NCBI GenBank assembly: GCA_002269645.1
Contig: NIVC01002949.1
Span: forward strand, 1 to 64,000
Reading direction: 5' to 3'
Origin: Macrostomum lignano
Taxonomy: Eukaryota
Length of the DNA stretch: 64,000 bases
A program made the position numbers and the translations under genes. Positions 50,401 through 62,877 of this stretch are shown one piece after another (the stretch's first letter is position 1; each line of letters opens with the position of its first letter). Below the pieces are notes generated by a model. That model searched no databases, had not been told where the DNA came from, and was given only the letters and a program-made list of their open reading frames with translations.

Positions 50401-53400
50401 CCAGCTAATGCTGGCACCCATTTTACAGCTGGGTGAACTGAAGCAATGCAGAGTTAAGTGTCTTACTCAAGGACACAAATTGTTCCAGTGGGATCGGGAA
50501 GCGAACCCCCGACCTTTCAGTCGTGAGTCCGATGCCTTGATCACTAGGCTACAGCCCATGGTTTGGCCATAGACAAATCCAAGAGAGAAAAATCTTTCTA
50601 TAAAAAAATAGAACAAGCTGATTGAAATTTGCTTGCTTGCCTGTCCTCATTGCCTAATCTCCGCCTCCGGATGGTAAGATAGTTGAGACATTTATGAGTA
50701 TTTTCAGCGAGATTGACACCATTTTTTACTCTTTCTGCTTTGGCTGTCCTGGAAAGGCGAGAATTCACATTTTTGTTCCTCTGTTACAGTCACTGTAGCT
50801 TATAAGCTTACTGACAGAGTTCTTTTGAGTCTTCACAGGAGGTAAAATTTCAGGACTCAGAATCAGATCCTGACCGAACTGTTGCCTGCCGCTCTCCTCC
50901 CTTGCTCGGTCTGGTAAACAGAGGACGGAGAGAAAAATAATTAACTAGCTACCTTCACTTCTCGGGCGCGACCTGTTTGCTTAATCCTTGTCTTGGCCCT
51001 GCCCGCCTGTCACCGTGGCGAAGGGAAATTAAGTCTGCGCAGGATCGCTAGAGAGGCTACTCAATGGGCGCCCCTGTGCGCGGTTGGAGAGCGAGCAGGT
51101 GCGGCATAATAGAGCCGAAGCAGCTCCCGCTTCCTGCGGATAGCAAACAGCCAAGGGCTTGCGGCCAGCTGTGAGCACTCGAGAGCCGACTGACTGGCCA
51201 GCTTGACTGACTTGAGCAAAATTGACTCCTTCCAGGCTGAGATCTGCACTCGGATTGCAGCCAGCGGGGTCTGGAGTTTCTTCCGTGCCAAATTTAATTA
51301 ATTATTTTTATTCTGAATTTTGAAGACAAAAGTGGACATTAATTCCCGATTGCCAGGGCGAGTTCACCAAGCAGCTGTTCATCCAGTACAGGCGCTCTGA
51401 CTCGGAGGACTATCGAAACTATTCGCTGATTTCCACTCGGGATGGCGAACTGAAGGCTAGCAAGGTGAGTTCACCTGAGTTCACCCGGGTTCACTTGGGT
51501 TCATCTGGGTTCACCTGGGTTCACCTGGGTTCACCCGGATTCACCTGGGTTCATCTGGGTTCATCTTGGTTCACCCGGATTCACCTGGGTTCACCTGGGT
51601 TCACCTGGGTTCACCCGGATTCACCTGGGTTCACCTGGGTTCATCTGGGTTCGCCTGGGCTCACCTAAGTTTATCTGAATCTGGGTTCACCTAAGTTCAC
51701 CTGGGTTCACCTGGGTTTACTTGGGTGCACATGGGTTCACCTGGGTTCACCTGGGTTCACCTGGGTTCACCTGGGTTCACCTGGGTTCACCTGGGTTCAC
51801 CTGGGTTCACCTGGGTTCACCTGGGTTTACCTGGGTACACATGGGTTCACCTGGGTTTACCTGAGTTTATCTGAACCTTGGTTCACCTGAGTTTATCTAA
51901 ACCTGGGTTCACCTGGGTTCACCTGAGTTCACCTGGGTTCACCTAGTTCACCTGGGTTCAACTGAGTTTATCTGAGTTCAATGTAGGTCTCAGGTTGGGC
52001 CACCGACTCTCTTGGACCCTCTCATGGTGGGTCTCAGGTTGGGTCATTGACCCTTCCTGAGGTCTTGGGTTGAGAGAAAGCCGCTCTCAAACCCTCTATG
52101 AAGCATCAATGGGCCACCATAATGCTACCATATTTGATCTGCTGTCGTGAATCTTGCAGCTCGTGAAGGGAAACTCCGACCTGAAGGACCGGCGCAACTA
52201 CGTCACCCTGCGGCCGCCGCTGGTGGCCAGCCAGATCCGCATGTACCCGGTGAACCCGGATCGGGGCGAGGTGAACGCCTGCCTCAAGTTCGAGCTGTTC
52301 GGCTGCCCCGACTACCAGGGCGTCATGGCGTACTCGGCCGCCGTGGGCCACGGCCGCCAGTTCCAGGACGCATACTACGACGGCAGGCGCGGCCAGGACG
52401 GCGTCCTTCGCGACGGCCTCGGCCAGCTGACCGACTGCATCGGGGCTGACAGCGGCGCCGAGGCGGCCGCCTACGCCAACGGCGACCCGCTGACGCCGTT
52501 CGTTGGCTGGGACCGACGCCGGCTTGGCCGCGACTACATCGATTTGCAGTTCGACTTTGACAGGGTGCGCCTGTTCGACGGCTTGCGGCTTGACGTCAGC
52601 AACGACTTCGTCGGCTGGGACGCCCGGCTGTTCAGCCTGGCCAACGTGTCCTTCAGCATCGGCGGCCGCCGGTTCCCCAAGTGGACAGCCACCCGGGTGC
52701 GGCCCGACCCCAACCGGCGGGGAGCCAGGGTCATCCAGCTGCAGCTGCACCGCCACATGGCCCGCTTCGTGCGGCTCAGGCTGCACTTTGACCCGGCGGC
52801 CAACTGGATACTGCTGGCTGAGGCCACGTTTCAGTCCAGTGAGTTGCTCTGCTGCTCTAATCCTCTGCTGCTCTGATCCTCTGCTGCTCTGATCCTCTGA
52901 TCCTCTGATCCTCTGATCCTCTGATCCTCTGATCCTCTGATCCTCTGATCCTCTGCTGCTCTGATGCTCTGATCCTCTGATCCTCTGATCCTCTGATCCT
53001 CTGATCCTCTGATCCTCTGATCCTCTGATCCTCTGCTCCTCTGATCCTCTGCTGCTCTGATCCTCTGCTGCTCTGATCCTCTGCTGCTCTGATCCTCTGA
53101 TCCTCTGATCCTCTGATCCTCTGATCCTCTGATCCTCTGATCCTCTGATCCTCTGCTCCTCTGATCCTCTGCTGCTCTGATCCTCTGCTGCTCTGATCCT
53201 CTGCTGCTCTGATCCTCTGCTGCTCTGATCCTCTGCTGCTCTGATCCTCTGCTGCTCTGATCCTCTGCTGCTCTGATCCTCTGCTGCTCTGATCCTCTGC
53301 TGCTCTGATCCTCTGCTGCTCTGATCCTCTGCTGCTCTGATCCTCTGATCCTTTAATTCCCCTCAAGTAGGGACGCTACCACTCTCCGATTCCCCTCAAG

Positions 53401-56400
53401 TAGGGACGCTACCACTCTCCGATTCCCCTCAAGTAGGGACGCTACCACTCTCCGATTCCCCTCAAGTAGGGACGCTACCACTCTCCGATTCCCCTCAAGT
53501 AGGGACGCTACTACTCTCCGATTCCCCTCAAGTAGGGACGCTACCACTCTCCGATTCCCCTCAAGTAGGGACGCTACCACTCTCCGATTCCCCTATGGCA
53601 CACGCGGCTCTCAAGTGTCTGTAGCTACTACGAGCTATTATTAACGTTACCAGACACGACATGCAGCAGCTCTCGCAAATCTGTGTCACACAGATGCTTT
53701 TCAACGAGTAACTGGCAAATGCCAAATATTCAGCACCAGTAAGCATATAGGTCTCTAGAAAAATCCTAAAATTTCAGATCGCGACTTCTCTTTCAATGGG
53801 ATGAAGCAATTAGCAAATGGAGCGTCAGCGTTTTTAGCAGATTAAGGGCTTAGCAGACTCACTGTGGCAGTTCGAGTTACATAAAGGTTGCCTGACGCAT
53901 TAGCGGATCGAATAATTCTCTAGCTGCTAAAAATTTTGCTCACTCAAAAACTGGCGACGATGAAATCAGAGAGTTCCTCTCCCTCTCTCCTCCTGCCCCC
54001 GTCATCTGGGGCATTGAGTCATCTACTGGAAGCATCTACTGCGTATAGATAGCTATTGAAAGAAAATGTCTCAACAAAGTCTCACGGATTCTGTATCGAC
54101 TTCCCACTCCTTCTCTTCCCTTACCTAAATAGGCCGTTTTCTCCACTCGTCCCCGCCCCCCCGAGCTGCTCTCTGTCTGCTCCCAAACACAGATAAACAC
54201 AGAGCTGCGTGTATTGGGACTGCAAAGACAGGCCGACCAGCACGAATGCGTCATCATCATCCTTAGCATCATCAGCTGCGCGTCCAGCTTCCCACAGGCC
54301 GCGTGTGAAACACACGCATAAACACACGTATAAACACACGCATAGAAAACACCCGGGAGAGAGAGACTGCTATATACACTACTCTTTAGTCCCCTGCTTT
54401 TTGTCTTGCCGCTTTTCGCCCTGTTGCCGTGGGCCCTCGTTTCCCGTCATCTCTACTTCTCTCTCAGCTTCCTCCTTTGCTTCATCCCGCTCAAGCAGTC
54501 GCCTAGCAAACTAACCTCTGTAGCCTCTGGCGCACCTTGGCTTTCATCCAACTCGAGCCTGTAGCTATAACCTTTTTTTCTCCCGCTCGTCTGCTTCCGT
54601 AGAAGCAGAGAAAAAAGCCGAAAATCTCCGCGTCTCACTGACGGCAGTTACAGAGAGTTGGGGAGGAGGGCGGGGGGGGGAAGGAAAATACACAAGAGCG
54701 CACAAATACAACATCAATGCAAACGCTGGCAATGATGAAGTGCGCATATTCGGCTATTCTATTCATTCAGGCAGTCCACAGGAATGAGGGGGATTAGCGC
54801 GTTGAATTTGCCTCCCACTAGACTGTATACAGAGAAATGAATGCCCCGCAACTGCTGATTGTTGCTCTCAGGTCAACCTGGCCCACTCCCCGAGGCCTGA
54901 ACACCTCATTCCCATCCCAGGGGCAACAGCAGGATGAGGCAGCAGGCCAGCTTAGTGCAACTGCAGCATCCAATGCAAAGATGCCTTATCTAAGCACAAT
55001 CTACAAGATTCCCCAACCACACTTAGTTATTATTTTTAGTCACTTGTATATTACTATCAATATTACCTACGCTCGTATAAACCTATATCCGCAAATATAA
55101 ACTTATAAACAGCACTACACGCTGAGTCTTATCTGCTGCATTGGGAAAGAAAATGTCATAAAAAAGCTCGCGACCGCACAGCTTACTTAAGTGCCGTGAC
55201 CCTCCCGCTAAGCCATAACTGTTGGGCTGGGTTGGCAGTAAAACAACATTAGGCGGCAGTCTAGCCAACCCAAGTATTGTAAGTAACCTTTGTTTGGATC
55301 GGCGGGGCCAAGTGTGCTCAGGAATGCCTTGAAGCTCAGCTGACATAGGTTAGAGTCGGTCCCGAATCCGCTGGTCTCAGAGCGATGGCATGTCCCGGAC
55401 TCATCAATCATGCCGGGAGTCAGAGCCGCCCACTTCCCCCCCTTCCACGGTGCGGCTTCATATCTGTCCAGGTTCAGACTGGCCAAGGACTACTAGATGT
55501 ATAAAGTATCTCGATTAGAAACTTGCTCAGATTGGCCAAGGACTACTAAATATATAGAGAACCTGGATTGAAAACTTGCTTAGATTGAGCAAAAACGACT
55601 GATATAAAGAAAGTTTTCCACTCCAGTTTCTATATTTAGAACTCCTGATACGGACTTTGGCAGAGTTAATGCACCCCCTCCCCCTTGTCAGTCGGGTCAG
55701 CCACAGCGGCTGACACAGGGAGAAGTGGCATTTTAGACTGGAAAAAGCGAATGAGGGAAGGGCAGTCCGAGCTAATAAATCAATAATAAGCATCAGGGCC
55801 TCTCTGGGGGGGCAATAGTGCATCTTACTAATTATTCGATAGTGAAATAGACGGCTAATGCGGCTCACCTGGAAACTGCAGCCTGCCTGGATTCCTAATA
55901 CGAGTAACCTAAGCTAACTTTATTGGAACTCGGCCTTTTTCTTCCCAGAGAGAGAGAGAGAATGCCAGAGAATGCTGCAAGATGTATTATACGAATATTC
56001 CCCATTTTGTCAGTAGTTTTTCCCCATTCTAGCCAGCCCTGGCCATGGCCTTCTTACTTCTCAGAGTCATTGGGAAGCTCTGTGAAGCCTTGGAGACGGT
56101 CTCTGTTCCCCATCTCCCTCCTCAGACCCCTCCATTCTCTTTCTCTCTCTCTGCGGGATTCGAGCGGAGTCGGGATTAATTCTGCCTGATGCCTTTCGGG
56201 CAATTTATCCGCATGGCCGAATTTCAGCGGCAGGGAGAATATCTCGATGCAGCCTGGCCCTGCTCAGTGATTATAGACAGTCATTTACAAGGCCGACCAG
56301 GGAGCATATTTAGTAATAGTAAGTTCTCCGGGGGCTTAGTGAAGTTTATTATAAACTTTCCAGTATGGCCGCCAGGAAGTTTGCCTAATTTAATTAAACT

Positions 56401-58984
56401 GGCACGGCTCCTGGCCTTTGATCTTTTTTGAACCATCAGCTGAGCTGGCGGCGGTACTTTTTTGGATGCCAATTTGACTTTTATTTAGTAAAAAATGTTA
56501 ACGAATTTGTGAAAGAAATTTTCGATTCAGAATGAGGCCGAGAGAGGATTTCAGAATTGGGAAGTCTATTTGAGAGGATTTCAGAATTGGGAAGTCTATT
56601 TGAGAGGATTTCAGAATTGGGAATTCTATTTGAGAGGATTTCAGAATTGGGCAGTCTATTTGAGAGGGTTTCAGAATTGGGAAGTCTATTTGAGAGGATT
56701 TCAGAATTTTGGAATTCTATTTGAGGGGATTTCAGAATGGGGAATTCTATTTGAGGGGATTTCAGAATGGGGAATTCTATTTGAGAGGATTTCAGAATGG
56801 GGAATTCTATTTGAGAGGATTTCAGAATTTTGGAATTCTATTTGAGGGGATTTCAGAATGGGGAATTCTATTTGAGGGGATTTCAGAATGGGGAATTCTA
56901 TTTGAGAGGATTTCAGAGCGGGGAATTTTATTTGAGAGGATTTCAGAATGGGAAATTCTATTTGTGAGGATTTCAGAGCGGGTAATTCTATTTGAGAGGA
57001 TTTCAGAATTTTGGAATTCTATTTGAGGGGATTTCAGAATGGGGAATTCTATTTAAGAGGATTTCAGAGCGGGGAATTCTATTTGAGAGGATTTCAGAAT
57101 GGGGAATTCTATTTGAGAGGATTTCAGAATTGGGAAGTCTATTTGAGAGGATTTCAGAATTGGGGAATTCTATTTGAAAGGATTTCAGAATTGGGGAATT
57201 CTATTTGAGAGGATTTCAGAATTGGGGAATTCTATTTGAGAGGATTTCAGAATGGGGAATTCTATTTGAGAGGATTTCAGAATTGGGAAGTCTATTTGAG
57301 AGGATTTCAGAATTGGAAAGTCTATTTGAGAGGATTTCAGAATTGGGGAATTCTATTTGAGAGGATTTCAGAATTGGGGAATTTTATTTGAGAGGATTTC
57401 AGAATTGGGGAATTCTATTTGAGAGGATTTCAGAATCGGGGAATTCTATTTGAGAGGATTTCAGAGCGGGGAATTCTATTTGAGAGGATTTCAGAGCGGG
57501 GAATTCTATTTGAGAGGATTTCAGAGCGGGGAATTCTATTTGAGAGGATTTCAGAGCGGGGAATTCTATTTGAGAGGATTTCAGAATGGGGAATTCTATT
57601 TGAGGGGATTTCAGAATTGGGGAATTCTATTTGAGAGGATTTCAGAATAGGAACTGGGAAAGGTGAAAAATGCGTTTCAAAATGTCTACGACGCCCTTCG
57701 AGTGCAGGTGAACAGTGGCACATGCCCCCTGGCCCCTACCAAAGTCAGACTCGGCCCTCCCCAAGCCCTGGGGGCAAACATACACAAATGAGTCATTTCT
57801 ATCAGCTTGTTTTCTGGATTGCAGATGCAGGGAATTGCTGCTAGGCCAGGGTTCAAGAGAGCCGGAGCCTGGCCAAGTTGACAACCCCGATAAAACCAAA
57901 ACCGATTATTACTGATGCGACGTTTTTAGCGCAACGGGATGGCTATTGCGGCAGGGACAGCGATGGGATGAAATCCACGGGAATTAGCCGTGTTTATACG
58001 GCTTGGCCAGCGCTGATTGATGCCTGAAGGCAAGTCGAGGAGCCACCGCCCCCTCTGCGACGAGATTTTTTTAGTCATTTTTTCAGTCTTTCGGCTACAG
58101 CCGGCTCGCTTTTTTAGGCTTTAATTAGCACGAGTTTTTGTGGGAGAAAATATCCCGCTGCGAAGCATTGATTCCCAGATCCCTATGCTTGCCTCCCGTT
58201 CATCAACAAATTAGTTACTGTTGGACACGAGGGAGTGGGGGAGTTTGTTTCAATGTTTCAATCTCGCCAAAAAATTGGAACTGCAATCATTGAATTACTG
58301 CTTCATTAACTTTCCTTCTCGTCTCAGAACAGCTTTCTCATACTAGTGCGCTCGTACTCATGCTCATCGCTCATGTTGTTCATGTTCATGCTCATGCTCA
58401 TACTCATGCTCATACTCATGCTCATTGCTTATGTTGTTCATGTTCATGCTCATGCTCATACTCATGCTCATACTCATGCTCATACTCATGCTCATACTCA
58501 TGCTCATACTCATGCTCATGCTCATACTCATGCTCATTGCTCATGTTGTTCATGTTCATGCTCATGCTCATACTCATGCTCATACTCATGCTCATGCTCA
58601 TACTCATGCTCATACTCATACTCATAACTTATATTCATACTCATACTCATACTCATGTTCATGCTCATGCTCATGATGTTCATGTTCATGCTCATGCTCA
58701 TACTCATGCTCATACTCATGCTTACACTCATGCTCATACTCATGCTTACACTCATGTTTATACTCATATTCATACTCACACTAATACAGGCATCGTTCGG
58801 TCTCCGCCGTCGCCGGAACGCGACGACAGCTGGCTCGGCTTTGACGACAACGTCAGCAATCAGGCGGCTGCGGTGCCACCTCAGCAGCCGCATCCGCCGC
58901 GGCAACCGCCTCCTAAGACGCCAGGAGATGCGGAGATTCCAAACACAAACACGAACAGCGGTGAAGCGCACATGGACGACGGGA

Positions 58985-59031
<47 letters not shown>

Positions 59032-61777
59032 AGCGAGCTGGCTTACATTGCTTTGATCTCGGCCTGCCTGCTGGGCTCAACTCTGCTGCTTCTGGTCGTC
59101 GGTTTGTTCTGCATCCGCCGTCGACGCCACTGCCGACGCAGGCGCCTGTTCGGCAAGGCGATCGGCTTCGGCTTCATCGGCGCCGGCAACGGCGGAAGCG
59201 GCGGCTGCTCGATGTCCGGCTTGCCTAGCAAATCGACCACCGCTTCTCCGGCCGCCGGAGCTGCTGGAGCTGCCGCTGATTCGACCGATGCCACAATCGG
59301 CGCCGCCGTCCACCTCGACTTCGGCGGCAGCGGCCGTCCGGCCGTCCTCGGCACCTACAACAGCCTGCCGGAGTCCGACGAGGAAGAAGAAGAAGACGAG
59401 AAGCGCCTGGAGGCGATGGACAACTTCGACGAGGAGGAGGAGGATGAGATCGGCGACGGAGTCGGCGACCGGCGCGCGCTGCACCGAGTCGCGCAGAACG
59501 GCGCCGAGCGGCGTCGGAGGCGAAAGCAGCAGCAGCAGCATCAGCCGCGGGGCCACAAGCTGCACAGCCGCACCAGCCACGAGTACGCCAGCGCCTCCCT
59601 GTGCGGCCCGCGCTTATCGCAGATGCACTCGCAGACGACACAGCAGCAACAGCAGCAGCAGCAGCCGCTCTACTTTCACTACGCCAGCAGCCCTCTGCCT
59701 CCCTGCCCGCAAGCCCCGCTGCTCTTGCTGAATGCAAACGGCGGAGGCGGAGGCGGTGGCGGCGGTGGCCAGCAGCCGCAGCAGCCGCTGTACGCCAGAG
59801 GCCTCTGCGGCGTTCCGCTTCTTGGCAGCAACGGAGCGGCGGGCCCCCTTCTGCCGCCGCTGCCGCCGCCTCCTCCGGTGCCCCGGTTCCCGTCAGATCT
59901 CAACATTCAGGGTGTGCAGCGAATCTTGTCGGGGTCGTCGCTGGAGGGCTTTTAATTATACCTGCACACAGGGAGACTGTAGATTGCACACAGGGAGACT
60001 GTAGATTGCACACAGGGAGACTGTAGATTGCACACAGGGAGACTGTAGATTGCACACAGGGAGACTGTAGATTGCACACAGGGAGACTGTAGATTGCACA
60101 CAGGGAGACTGTAGATTGCACACAGGGAGACTGTAGATTGCACACAGGGAGACTGTAGATTGCACACAGGGAGACTGTAGATTGCACACAGGGAGACTGT
60201 AGATTGCACACAGGGAGACTGTAGATTTCACACAGGGAGACTGTAGATTGCACACAAGGACACAGTAGATTGTACACAAGGACACAGTAGATTGCACACA
60301 AGGACACAGTAGATTGTACACAAGGACACAGTAGATTGCACACAAGGACACAGTAGATTGCACACAAGGACACAGTAGATTGTACACAAGGACACAGTAG
60401 ATTGTACACAAGGACACAGTAGATTGCACACAAGGACACAGTAGATTGCACACAAGGACACAGTAGATTGTACACAAGGACACAGTAGATTGCACACAAG
60501 GACACAGTAGATTGTACACAAGGACACAGTAGATTGCACACAAGGACACAGTAGATTGTACACAAGGACACAGTAGATTGCACACAAGGACACAGTAGAT
60601 TGCACACAAGGACACAGTAGATTGCACACAAGGACACAGTAGATTGTACACAAGGACACAGTAGATTGCACACAAGGACACAGTAGATTGCACACAAGGA
60701 CACAGTAGATTGTACACAAGGACACAGTAGATTGTACACAAGGACACAGTAGATTGCACACAAGGACACAGTAGATTGCACACAAGGACACAGTAGATTG
60801 CACACAAGGACACAGTAGATTGTACACAAGGACACAGTAGATTGCACACAAGGACACAGTAGATTGTACACAAGGACACAGTAGATTGCACACAAGGACA
60901 CAGTAGATTGTACACAAGGACACAGTAGATTGTACACAAGGACACAGTAGATTGCACACAAGGACACAGTAGATTGCACACAAGGACACAGTAGATTGTA
61001 CACAAGGACACAGTAGATTGCACACAAGGACACAGTAGATTGTACACAAGGACACAGTAGATTGCACACAAGGACACAGTAGATTGCACACAAGGACACA
61101 GTAGATTGCACACAAGGACACAGTAGATTGTACACAAGGACACAGTAGATTGCACACAAGGACACAGTAGATTGCACACAAGGACACAGTAGATTGTACA
61201 CAAGGACACAGTAGATTGTACACAAGGACACAGTAGATTGCACACAAGGACACAGTAGATTGTACACAAGGACACAGTAGATTGCACACAAGGACACAGT
61301 AGATTGTACACAAGGACACAGTAGATTGCACACAAGGACACAGTAGATTGCACACAAGGACACAGTAGATTGCACACAAGGACACAGTAGATTGCACACA
61401 AGGACACAGTAGATTGCACACAAGGACACAGTAGATTGTACACAAGGACACAGTAGATTGTACACAAGGACACAGTAGATTGTACACAAGGACACAGTAG
61501 ATTGCACACAAGGACACAGTAGATTGCACACAAGGACACAGTAGATTGCACACAAGGACACAGTAGATTGCACACAAGGACACAGTAGATTGTACACAAG
61601 GACACAGTAGATTGCACCTTGCGTAAATTCGCCTACGAAGTTTTCGTACAACTTCGTCTATTTAGACGCTCTACGCTCGTATTACTCACAGTAGTATTCA
61701 AACTGCGCCTCGCAGGCTGCACCGGCACGGCAGTGTACGCCTGCCCGCCCGCCATCGACTCGGAACGACCCCATGCG

Positions 61778-61812
<35 letters not shown>

Positions 61813-62833
61813 AGCCGTTCCGGCTGCCGAGCGCCAGGTCCTGGCCGACCTGGAGGTGCCCGCCGAAGCCGTGACGCTGCGCGACCGCCTCGGCGTTGGT
61901 CAGTTCGGCGAAGTCCGCCTCGTCGACTGGCGGCCCGCGCCAGCCTCCGCTCCGGTGCCGGCTGCCGCGAAGATTCTGCGACCGGACGCCGGCGCCCAGG
62001 CTCGGCGCGACTTCCGCCGGGAGACTCGGCTGCTGGCGCGCCTGCGCGATCCCAACATTGTCCGCCTGCTGGCCGTGGTGTCCGAGTCGATGGCCAACGG
62101 TGACGGTACGACGACGGCGACGGCGAGACGGCGACAAACGATGCTGCTGGTTGAGTTCGCGGAGTTCGGCGACCTGCATCAGCTGCTGCTGCGCCGGACA
62201 CCGGCCGAGGCCTTGGACAGCCCGGCCAAGTGCCACGGCTGCCTGGTGCACCTGGCCAGTCAGGTTGCCAGCGGCATGAAGTACTTGGAGGCCATGCAGG
62301 TTGCCCACCGGGATCTGGCCTGTCGCAACTGCCTGCTGGGCGCCGGCTGCCAGGTGAAAATCTGCGACTTCGGCATGTCCAGGCCGCTGTACTCGGCCAG
62401 CTACTGTCGGGTGAACGTCGCCGGCGACGGCGCGTCCAACGCCGGGGCGACTGTCGCCCTGCCAGTCCGCTGGATGTCCTGGGAGGCGGCTCTGCACGGC
62501 CGGTTCTCCAGTCGTAGCGACGCCTGGAGCTTCGCCGTGCTCCTGTGGGAGCTGCTGACCTTCTGCCGGGAGCTGCCGCTGGCTCAGCTCACCGACCAGC
62601 AGGTGGTTGAGAACTGCCGCCGGGTCATGGATGGCGAGCAGAGCGCGCTGCGACCGTCCAGACCGACGGACTGCCAGCGAGAGCTGTACGACCTCATGAG
62701 CGAGTGCTGGCAGCGGGACGAGAGCCGGCGGCCGCGGTTCCGCGAGATGCACCTGTTCTTGAGGCGCAAGTGCATCGGCTTCTGCGCCGAGACAGACTGG
62801 CTGATGCGACACCTGACTCTGGCGGACGGCTGA
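43643..62833 (+). CDS. DDR: Discoidin domain receptor tyrosine kinase (DDR family)
   Basis: Exons 43643-43712 (signal peptide [23 protein letters not shown]), 46206-46326, 46947-47100 (DKAWCP), 51357-51464, 52160-52838 (end of DS domain plus DS-like domain), 58790-59911 (TM segment [26 protein letters not shown] and juxtamembrane) and 61716-62833. All phases are compatible. The junction NIQ|[11 protein letters not shown] resembles DDR NLQGVTGGNTYSVP. The kinase has [24 protein letters not shown] and LPVRWMSWE. Confidence 0.9.
43748..43971. repeat. Intronic minisatellite, 14 bp unit (gggtatcgggactc)
   Basis: Starts about 35 bp after the DDR exon 1 donor. Confidence 0.95.
45775..46192. repeat. 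Intronic repeat, 9 bp unit (tgtacaccc)
   Basis: Ends about 13 bp before the acceptor at 46205. Confidence 0.95.
46469..46810 (+). mobile_element. tRNA-derived SINE
   Basis: A-box tagcctagtgg and B-box ggttcgattc, followed by gtgtccttgagcaagacacttaac. A second copy lies at about 50290-50557 (-), and a related 3' fragment at about 37005-37110. Confidence 0.8.
47135..48390. repeat. Intronic minisatellite, 43-44 bp unit (cccggcaaaagtgataattcccccgatagtggtgttttattcc), degenerate after ~48130
   Basis: Starts about 35 bp after the donor at 47101. Confidence 0.95.
48430..48625. repeat. 38 bp tandem repeat (ttcttgtacatgtagctggtctcctagaatttgactca)
   Basis: About 5 copies. Confidence 0.93.
49635..50223 (+). 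mobile_element. Internally deleted P-element-like transposon with 8-bp TSD, retaining a spliced THAP domain ORF
   Basis: TSD aatcataa at 49627-49634 and 50224-50231. Termini are CAAGGA and TCCTAG, with a perfect 52-bp inverted repeat at 49641-49692 / 50164-50215. The ORF 49843-49974 plus 50070-50213 reads [33 protein letters not shown]|[19 protein letters not shown], a C2CH THAP signature. Confidence 0.85.
50290..50557 (-). mobile_element. tRNA-derived SINE (second copy, inverted)
   Basis: The reverse complement matches 46469-46665 (gggctgtagcctagtg..gtgtccttgagtaagacacttaac..ggactgaacagcc). Confidence 0.8.
51465..51980. repeat. Intronic repeat, 10 bp unit (gggttcacct)
   Basis: Begins at the donor gtgagttcacct itself. 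Confidence 0.95.
52845..53352. repeat. Intronic compound repeat (tgatcctc / ctctgctgctctgatc)
   Basis: Begins immediately after the donor at 52839. Confidence 0.95.
53355..53592. repeat. 33 bp tandem repeat (ttcccctcaagtagggacgctaccactctccga)
   Basis: About 7 copies, abutting the previous array. Confidence 0.95.
56545..57650. repeat. Intronic minisatellite, 30-31 bp unit (gagaggatttcagaattgggaattctattt)
   Basis: About 35 copies. Confidence 0.96.
58345..58780. repeat. Hexamer microsatellite (ctcatg/ctcata)n
   Basis: Ends just before the acceptor at 58789. Confidence 0.95.
59962..61617. repeat. Intronic minisatellite, 22 bp unit, two subtypes (cacacagggagactgtagattg then cacacaaggacacagtagattg)
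   Basis: About 75 copies, with a subtype switch near 60250. Confidence 0.97.
61716..62833 (+). CDS. DDR: DDR tyrosine kinase domain exon
   Basis: [34 protein letters not shown] and [11 protein letters not shown] are DDR-type kinase motifs. Confidence 0.93.
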
Positions 62834-62877
62834 GCATGAAGGAGAGGCGTATCTATGACATAGTGGGATGACAAAGG

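Noticed and set aside
58360-58789. His/Ala-rich N-terminal part of the 531-aa ORF
   Set aside because: It is intronic hexamer microsatellite; the real DDR exon begins at the acceptor before 58790.
2825-61617. Arrays of 28-49 bp repeats that might suggest CRISPR
   Set aside because: Units are head-to-tail with no unique spacers, there are no cas genes, and the context is eukaryotic.
59900-61651. Three long Cys-rich minus-strand ORFs (583, 553 and 451 aa)
   Set aside because: They are translations of a 22-bp minisatellite lying inside a DDR intron; all three frames being open is a repeat artefact.
61682-62812. 376-aa antisense ORF over the DDR kinase (and similar ones over other exons)
   Set aside because: Typical shadow ORFs of GC-rich coding sequence, with no recognisable motifs.
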